A DNA stretch of 62,160 bases, from NCBI GenBank assembly GCA_050013795.1, contig JBEKEO010000007.1:1-62160 (forward strand), in the 5' to 3' direction. Position numbers and translations under genes: made by a program. The stretch comes from Bacteroidales bacterium (GTDB lineage Bacteria > Bacteroidota > Bacteroidia > Bacteroidales > CG2-30-32-10). Below, in pieces: positions 57,801 through 62,160 of this stretch; positions within the stretch are counted from its first letter, which is position 1; every line of letters begins with the position of its first letter. The notes beneath the pieces were generated by a model. The model was not told the origin of the DNA and did not search any database. It was given only the letters and a program-made list of their open reading frames with translations.

Positions 57801-58048
57801 ACAATATCGAAGAATGCAGGATTGCAGCAGGTTCCTTGTTTGACAAGCCAAAACGCATTGAAGAGATTGAACAATTATTTATCGGGAAAAAACTTACTGT
57901 ATCGCTGATTGATGAAATTGAAACGTCTCTGCAAAACATTATCGATTCTGCTATAGGAACTCGTTGGTCGTCGGAATACAAAACACCGGTTTTCATTAAC
58001 ATTTGTAAAGATATTTTAAAAGAAATTTTGGTTAAAATTAAAAGGTAA
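54839..58048 (+). CDS. Xanthine-dehydrogenase-family molybdopterin subunit fused C-terminally to the FAD-binding (CoxM/XdhB-like) subunit
   Basis: 1069 aa. a/b-hammerhead plus MoCo-binding region to about aa 760 (GSFGGK, FRGFG, GGPTVASR, GEP). Then a linker and the PCMH-type FAD domain (KIIAGGTDVIIELRK ... ATFGGNIVNAAPCADS) with a CO-dehydrogenase-flavoprotein C-terminal domain. Confidence 0.85.
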   Translation: MHNIIGKEVTRVDGYEKVMGKTLYGDDIKLHGLLHVANRYTDIPAGKIKNIDISKAEKMEGVEAIALFKDITGKKRIGPIRQDHYVLVDDEVFYTGDVIAIVAAKTMEQACAAADAIDITYDPIEGIFDPAEAIKPTSRPIHSDFKSNVVNHYPLVKGDIEKGFAESDQVIEKEYRTGFHEHAYIEPETVTVVPDPASKGCKVYGSIQNPFTTRRMVAAFMGLNLNQINVLGSTLGGSFGGKDDIINCMACRCALLSKLTGKPVKLTYTREESIKESYKRHPYILNYKVGFTNNGKLKAMKIDIIADSGAYSSQSFFVTWRSVVQATGPYEIENVQTDIRSVYTNNPYTAAFRGFGSPQIIFAQESLMDEIAAICNLSPLEIRKLNGFKQGSVTASGQVLSEHKVALDEVIDIAIERSAYAKKLEDFKKLNSTSERYKYGIGFACSYRGCSLGAEGTDATSAIVSVQADGSIYVLAGLNENGQGMRTTFCQIAAEVLGVKFENVLFLEPQTATVPDGGPTVASRATLTGGNAVIDAAQKIKKTIFEVIKDDLKASNINELEWKDGMISLKEPLPGIYPISFEKAVERSFRAGVNLSAYGWFKAPDVSWHEETGQGNAYFTYVYACQVAEIKVDTSTGKLEVLKVTAAHDVGKVINKLGIEGQVYGGIAQGIGYAILEDFNVLQGVVKSSNLDEYLLPTIKDIPVIEAILVENEDKYGPFGAKSIGEPTLELASAAINNAVKFATGKNFYQIPLTLERVYLGKHLSKPSRQSEAGLVIKKRKQAPRVSNISMISPKTLKKALSLINEEYKIIAGGTDVIIELRKRNETEKLLDISQLQELKRIKKTKNSIVIGSGASVTSIIGNKAIIKNFPILIDACSLIGSKQIRNRATFGGNIVNAAPCADSVPPLILYDAKVVLQTKDGQREVSVKDFVVKNYQTQIKPNEILTSIVIPLPQKKYYHSYYQLGRRNAVNITRMSVGAMIAFDMENNIEECRIAAGSLFDKPKRIEEIEQLFIGKKLTVSLIDEIETSLQNIIDSAIGTRWSSEYKTPVFINICKDILKEILVKIKR

Positions 58049-58053
58049 GAGTT

Positions 58054-58518
58054 ATGGCCAACACTTACACTCAAATTCATATACATGCTGTTTTTGCAGT
58101 TCAGAACAGAGAATGCCTTATTTCACTATGTTTAGAAGAAGAACTGTACAAATATATCATGGGTATAATTAAAACAAATAACCATAAACCACTAGCAATA
58201 AATGGTGCGCCCGATCATGTTCATGTATTATTTGGAATGCGCCCTTCACAGTCTTTATCTGATTTATTGCAGGATATAAAAGGCGGTTCGTCAAAATGGA
58301 TTAATGAGAAGAAAGTTTTTAGAGGACATTTTTCATGGCAGGAAGGTTATGGCGCTTTTTCATATAGCAAATCTCAATTACCTACTGTTATAAATTACAT
58401 CATGAATCAGAAGGAGCATCATAAAAAGAAAAAGTTTATTGATGAATATAAAGAGCTGCTTGAAAGTTTTGAGATAAAGTATGATGAACGCTTTATTTTC
58501 AAATCAGTTTTAGATTAA
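58054..58518 (+). CDS. IS200/IS605-like Y1 (HUH) transposase of the REP-associated tyrosine transposase (RAYT) type
   Basis: 154 aa. TYTQIHIHAVFAV N-terminus, HUH motif DHVHVLFG, WQEGYGAFSYS tyrosine region. Followed directly by an array of REP-like hairpins. Confidence 0.88.
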   Translation: MANTYTQIHIHAVFAVQNRECLISLCLEEELYKYIMGIIKTNNHKPLAINGAPDHVHVLFGMRPSQSLSDLLQDIKGGSSKWINEKKVFRGHFSWQEGYGAFSYSKSQLPTVINYIMNQKEHHKKKKFIDEYKELLESFEIKYDERFIFKSVLD

Positions 58519-58525
58519 TTATTTC

Positions 58526-58706
58526 GTGCCTAACAGCACTTAATGTTTTTTGTTTGTTGCTTTTACCAAAATATTGTCCCTAACGGGACAAAAACATTGA
58601 AAAGCTTGAATATTTAGTATTAATAAAACCAATTATAAACTGTTCCGTTAGGAACATAATATCGGTAGAAAATATAAACCGATTAATTTAAAGTTCCGTC
58701 AGGAAC
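58526..58706 (+). repeat. Array of four REP-like hairpins downstream of the RAYT gene
   Basis: GTGCC-taac-aGCAC 58526-58539; GTCCC-taac-GGGAC 58576-58589; TATAAAC..GTTCC-gtta-GGAAC 58642-58655; TATAAAC..GTTCC-gtca-GGAAC 58693-58706. Confidence 0.8.
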
Positions 58707-58723
58707 GAAATAAGAAAAACATT

Positions 58724-59194
58724 ATGTCAAAAATAAAAGTTACCGTAAATAATAAAATCCACCAGCTTGATGTTGATGATTCCCTCCGCCTGCTTGATAT
58801 ATTAAGAGAGCATTTGGGATTAACAGGAACCAAAGAAGGTTGCGGTATTGGCGAATGCGGCGCATGTACCGTAATTATAAATGGCGAAGCAATATGCTCC
58901 TGCCTTGTTCTTGCAGGACAACTACAGGACGCCGTTATTGAAACCATTGAAAATATTGAAAAGAATGATGTCCTTTCCAAACTGCAGGAATCTTTCTTGA
59001 AATTTGGCGCTGTACAATGCGGCTTCTGTACACCCGGTATGCTGATGAGTGCTAAAGCTTTGCTCGATGCAAAACCAAACCCAACTGAAGCTGAAATTAA
59101 AGAAGCCCTTGAAGGTAACCTTTGCCGCTGCACAGGTTATATTCCTATTATGAATGCGGTGAAAGCAGCTGCATTTGAAAAAATAATTATTTAA
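58724..59194 (+). CDS. (2Fe-2S)-binding small subunit of a molybdenum hydroxylase
   Basis: 156 aa. GCGIGECGACTV (plant-type cluster) and QCGFCTPGM...CRCTGY (second cluster). Confidence 0.9.
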   Translation: MSKIKVTVNNKIHQLDVDDSLRLLDILREHLGLTGTKEGCGIGECGACTVIINGEAICSCLVLAGQLQDAVIETIENIEKNDVLSKLQESFLKFGAVQCGFCTPGMLMSAKALLDAKPNPTEAEIKEALEGNLCRCTGYIPIMNAVKAAAFEKIII

Positions 59195-59196
59195 TT

Positions 59197-61812
59197 CTAT
59201 TTAAAAATATCTTTCGCTTTTTCCAGCGCTTTCTCAATTCCTGCGGCATTCTTGCCTCCGGCTGTTGCAAAGAAAGGCTGTCCGCCACCGCCACCTTGTA
59301 TCTCTTTGGCAAGTTCGCGAACAATTTTAGCGGCATCAAGATTTTTTTCTTTAACCAGATTCTCTGATATCATCACTGCAAGTCCGGGTTTACCTTCGCT
59401 TTCATATGCGAAAACAAGGAAAAGATTTTCGGTATCATTTTTCAGTGCATAAGCAAGGTCCTTTGCCCCTGAGGCTTCCAACGGTATTTTTTCGGCAATG
59501 AAATTTATACCGTTTACATTTTGAAGTCGGGATTTCAATTCATCTTTCAGCCCGAGAGCTTTTTCTTTCTGGAAATCATCCACTTGTTTTTGCAGGGATG
59601 TGTTCTGTTCCTGCAGTTGTGTAACGCTTTGTAAAATATCTTTGGGGTTTTTTAGTAACTCATATAACTGAGATATGATCTCGCTCTGGATATTATAAAA
59701 TTGTTTTGCCTTCAACCCGGTGATGGCTTCAATCCTTCGGATACCGGCAGCAACAGCGCTTTCGGAAAGTATTTTAAATATTCCAATCTGCCCTGTAGCA
59801 TGAGCATGCGTGCCTCCGCAAAGCTCAATAGAATAGTTCCTGTCGAATGCCACCACGTGTACATGATCGCCGTACTTTTCACCAAACAGGGCAGTGGCAC
59901 CCATCTTCTGCGCTTCGGCAATCGGCATATTGCGCATATCTTCAATAATGATATTCTCACGTATTTTCTCATTCACCAAGGCCTCCACTTTTGCAATTTC
60001 CTCTCCCGTCATTTTAGCAAAATGTGAAAAGTCGAAACGCAAATGCTCATCATCAACCAGCGAACCTTTTTGCTCCACATGAGTTCCAAGAACCTTCTTC
60101 AATGCAGAATGCAGCAGGTGTGTTGCCGTATGGTTGTTTTCGGTAAGCAACCTTTTATTCTTATCAACCACTGCATGCAAAACGGCATTGACATCTTTCG
60201 GAAGTTTTTTGGTAATATGGATAGTAAGATTGTTTTCCTTTTTGGTGTCTTCAATTGAAATTTTTTCGCCTTTGGCTTCTATATAACCACGGTCGCCCAC
60301 CTGTCCGCCCGATTCAGCATAGAAAGGGGTCTTATCAAGTACAAGCTGAAAGAATTCTTTGTCCTTTGCTTTAACTTTCCGGTATTTAAGAATTATAGCA
60401 TCGCAGGACAATGCATCGTAGCCCACGAACTCAGTATCCTTAACAGCTTTCAGTTCCACCCAGTCTTCGGTATCCATGGTTGCGGCATTTCGCGAACGTT
60501 TCTTTTGCTCCTCCATGTTTTCATTAAAACCTTTTACATCATCAGCCCAGCCCTTTTCTTTTGTCATAAGCTGGGTAAGGTCGAAAGGAAAACCGAAGGT
60601 GTCGAAAAGCTCAAAAGCAAATGCTCCTTCAATAACTTTTTTATCAGGATTTGATTGAATGTAATTCTCGAAACGCTGTATGCCTGTGGCAAGTGTACGA
60701 AGGAAAGCCAGTTCTTCTTCGGCTATCACTTTTCGTATTAACTCCTGCTGTGACTTTAGTTCAGGGAAAAACTCACCCATCTGATTTACCAGAACCTGCA
60801 TAAGTTCATGCATAAATGGTTCTTTAAACCCCAGGAAAGTATAACCATAACGAACCGCTCTTCTTAAAATGCGACGGATAACATAGCCTGCTTTATTATT
60901 GGAAGGCAGTTGTCCGTCGGCAATAGCAAATGCAATAGCGCGTAGATGGTCGGCAATAACACGCATAGCAATGTCGGCTTTCACCTCCGCTCCATATTTC
61001 TTACCTGATAGTTTGGCTATTTCAGCAATGATGGGTTGAAAAACATCCGTATCGTAATTCGATTTCTTTCCCTGTATGACCATGCAAAGCCTTTCAAATC
61101 CCATGCCGGTGTCAACATGTTTAGCGGGAAGAGGAACCAGCTTTCCATCAGCAAGACGGTTGTATTGAATGAAAACAAGGTTCCATATTTCAATAACATG
61201 TGGGTCGCCTTTATTGACGAGGGATTTGCCATCAATTTTTTTTCTTTCTTTATCATCCCGAATATCAACATGGATTTCCGAACATGGACCGCAAGGACCT
61301 GTATCGCCCATTTCCCAGAAGTTATCTTTCTTCGAACCGTTAAGAATCCTATCCTCAGCTATCAGATTTTTCCAGTAACCTTTAGCTTCAGAGTCAGCAG
61401 GAATACCATCGGTCTTATCTCCTTCAAATATGGTAACGTACATCCTGTCCTTATCAATTTTGTACACATCCGCAAGCAGTTCCCATGCCCATTCGATTGC
61501 CTCTTTCTTAAAATAATCCCCAAACGACCAGTTACCAAGCATTTCGAACATAGTATGGTGATAGGTATCATGACCTACTTCTTCGAGGTCGTTATGTTTT
61601 CCAGATACGCGAAGGCACTTTTGGGAATTGGCTACCCTGTTGTGTTTTGCAGGTGAGTTGCCAAGGAATATATCCTTAAACTGGTTCATTCCGGCATTGG
61701 TAAACATCAAAGTGGGGTCATTCTTTATAACCATGGGTGCCGAAGGCACAATTGCATGGTTTTTCGAGGCAAAGAAGCCTGTGAACGTTCTCCTTATATC
61801 GGCAGCATTCAT
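59197..61812 (-). CDS. alaS: Alanine--tRNA ligase
   Basis: 871 aa. FTNAGMNQFK class-II motif, editing-domain HTATHLLH and CGGTH, C-terminal DHHA1 GGGGGQPFFATAGG. Confidence 0.96.
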   Translation of the reverse strand: MNAADIRRTFTGFFASKNHAIVPSAPMVIKNDPTLMFTNAGMNQFKDIFLGNSPAKHNRVANSQKCLRVSGKHNDLEEVGHDTYHHTMFEMLGNWSFGDYFKKEAIEWAWELLADVYKIDKDRMYVTIFEGDKTDGIPADSEAKGYWKNLIAEDRILNGSKKDNFWEMGDTGPCGPCSEIHVDIRDDKERKKIDGKSLVNKGDPHVIEIWNLVFIQYNRLADGKLVPLPAKHVDTGMGFERLCMVIQGKKSNYDTDVFQPIIAEIAKLSGKKYGAEVKADIAMRVIADHLRAIAFAIADGQLPSNNKAGYVIRRILRRAVRYGYTFLGFKEPFMHELMQVLVNQMGEFFPELKSQQELIRKVIAEEELAFLRTLATGIQRFENYIQSNPDKKVIEGAFAFELFDTFGFPFDLTQLMTKEKGWADDVKGFNENMEEQKKRSRNAATMDTEDWVELKAVKDTEFVGYDALSCDAIILKYRKVKAKDKEFFQLVLDKTPFYAESGGQVGDRGYIEAKGEKISIEDTKKENNLTIHITKKLPKDVNAVLHAVVDKNKRLLTENNHTATHLLHSALKKVLGTHVEQKGSLVDDEHLRFDFSHFAKMTGEEIAKVEALVNEKIRENIIIEDMRNMPIAEAQKMGATALFGEKYGDHVHVVAFDRNYSIELCGGTHAHATGQIGIFKILSESAVAAGIRRIEAITGLKAKQFYNIQSEIISQLYELLKNPKDILQSVTQLQEQNTSLQKQVDDFQKEKALGLKDELKSRLQNVNGINFIAEKIPLEASGAKDLAYALKNDTENLFLVFAYESEGKPGLAVMISENLVKEKNLDAAKIVRELAKEIQGGGGGQPFFATAGGKNAAGIEKALEKAKDIFK

Positions 61813-61852
61813 ATCCGGGTAAATTGAATTAACATTTTTTTAGAACAAGATG

Positions 61853-61883
61853 TTTGCAAAGTTAGGGTATTTTGTTAGTTTTG
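61853..61883 (+). promoter_or_regulatory. Candidate Bacteroidota sigma-A promoter (-33 TTTG / -7 TAgtTTTG)
   Basis: TTTG at 61853-61856 and TAGTTTTG at 61876-61883, separated by 19 nt. About 75 bp upstream of the ATG at 61958. Confidence 0.45.
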
Positions 61884-61957
61884 CACTTAAGGCAGTCCAA
61901 ATTTGACTCTTTTTTGCATTTTTATTGATCCTAAATAATAGGACAATTCTTCATTTC

Positions 61958-62160
61958 ATGTTCAAGAAAAAGAAAAAACATCAATATCATTTTAACGTAA
62001 AGTCGCTGGCTTTCGAAAAGGTCCGGGTTTCTATCAAAGACAAGCTAAAGCGGGTTCTTTATATTGTGGTTGCTGGTTTTGTTTTTGCATCAATGGTGTT
62101 GGTGTTTGCATATAACTTCTTCAGTTCTCCAAAAGAGAAAATGTTACAACGTGAGATCGA
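61958..62160 (+). CDS. N-terminal fragment of a membrane-anchored protein running off the window
   Basis: ATG at 61958, open to the window end. MFKKKKKHQYHFN... is followed by a TM helix VLYIVVAGFVFASMVLVFAY. The layout would fit an M23-type peptidase, but no catalytic domain is in the window. Confidence 0.35.
   Translation, partial: MFKKKKKHQYHFNVKSLAFEKVRVSIKDKLKRVLYIVVAGFVFASMVLVFAYNFFSSPKEKMLQREI

Noticed and set aside
61036-61656. 206-aa ORF antisense to alaS, unusually long for AT-rich DNA.
   Set aside because: It lies entirely within a strongly supported alaS coding region. The translated sequence has no recognisable motifs or start signals. It is treated as a chance antisense frame.

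Overview
This 62-kb, AT-rich window looks like Bacteroidota chromosome. The evidence is a T9SS type-B sorting-domain protein, DUF4834, a GlsB/GlsA-like lipid pair, TAnnTTTG-type promoter boxes and a CarboxypepD_reg-type TonB receptor. Most of it is core housekeeping. The genes run rnhB, purA, fur, rel, an envelope glycosyltransferase/YfhO pair and engB. Next comes a complete division/cell-wall (dcw) cluster from mraZ to ftsZ (15.2-30.4 kb), then mtnA, secA, the rpsF-rpsR-rplI operon, dnaX, ribE and alaS. I found no rRNA, tRNA or CRISPR array, and no clear multi-gene defence-like or otherwise new system. The signals most worth a second look are listed below.

1. A gene-poor islet lies between ribE and a TonB-dependent receptor (45.3-48.6 kb). 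It holds a phase-locked 21-bp minisatellite, the in-frame 3' stump of a second receptor gene, and a secreted collagen-like protein with a phage tail-fibre (S74) autochaperone domain.
2. murD in the otherwise intact dcw cluster lacks roughly its N-terminal 250-260 codons.
3. An IS200-like REP-associated tyrosine transposase (RAYT) with a downstream hairpin-repeat array splits a molybdenum-hydroxylase operon. A related nested inverted hairpin cluster sits behind secA.
4. A four-helix-bundle (23S rRNA IVS-protein family) gene lies between purA and fur, bracketed by inverted heptamer arrays.
5. An A8 run in dnaX would give an immediate TGA after a -1 slip.

All functional calls come from reading the translated ORFs and motifs by eye. 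No database search was run.
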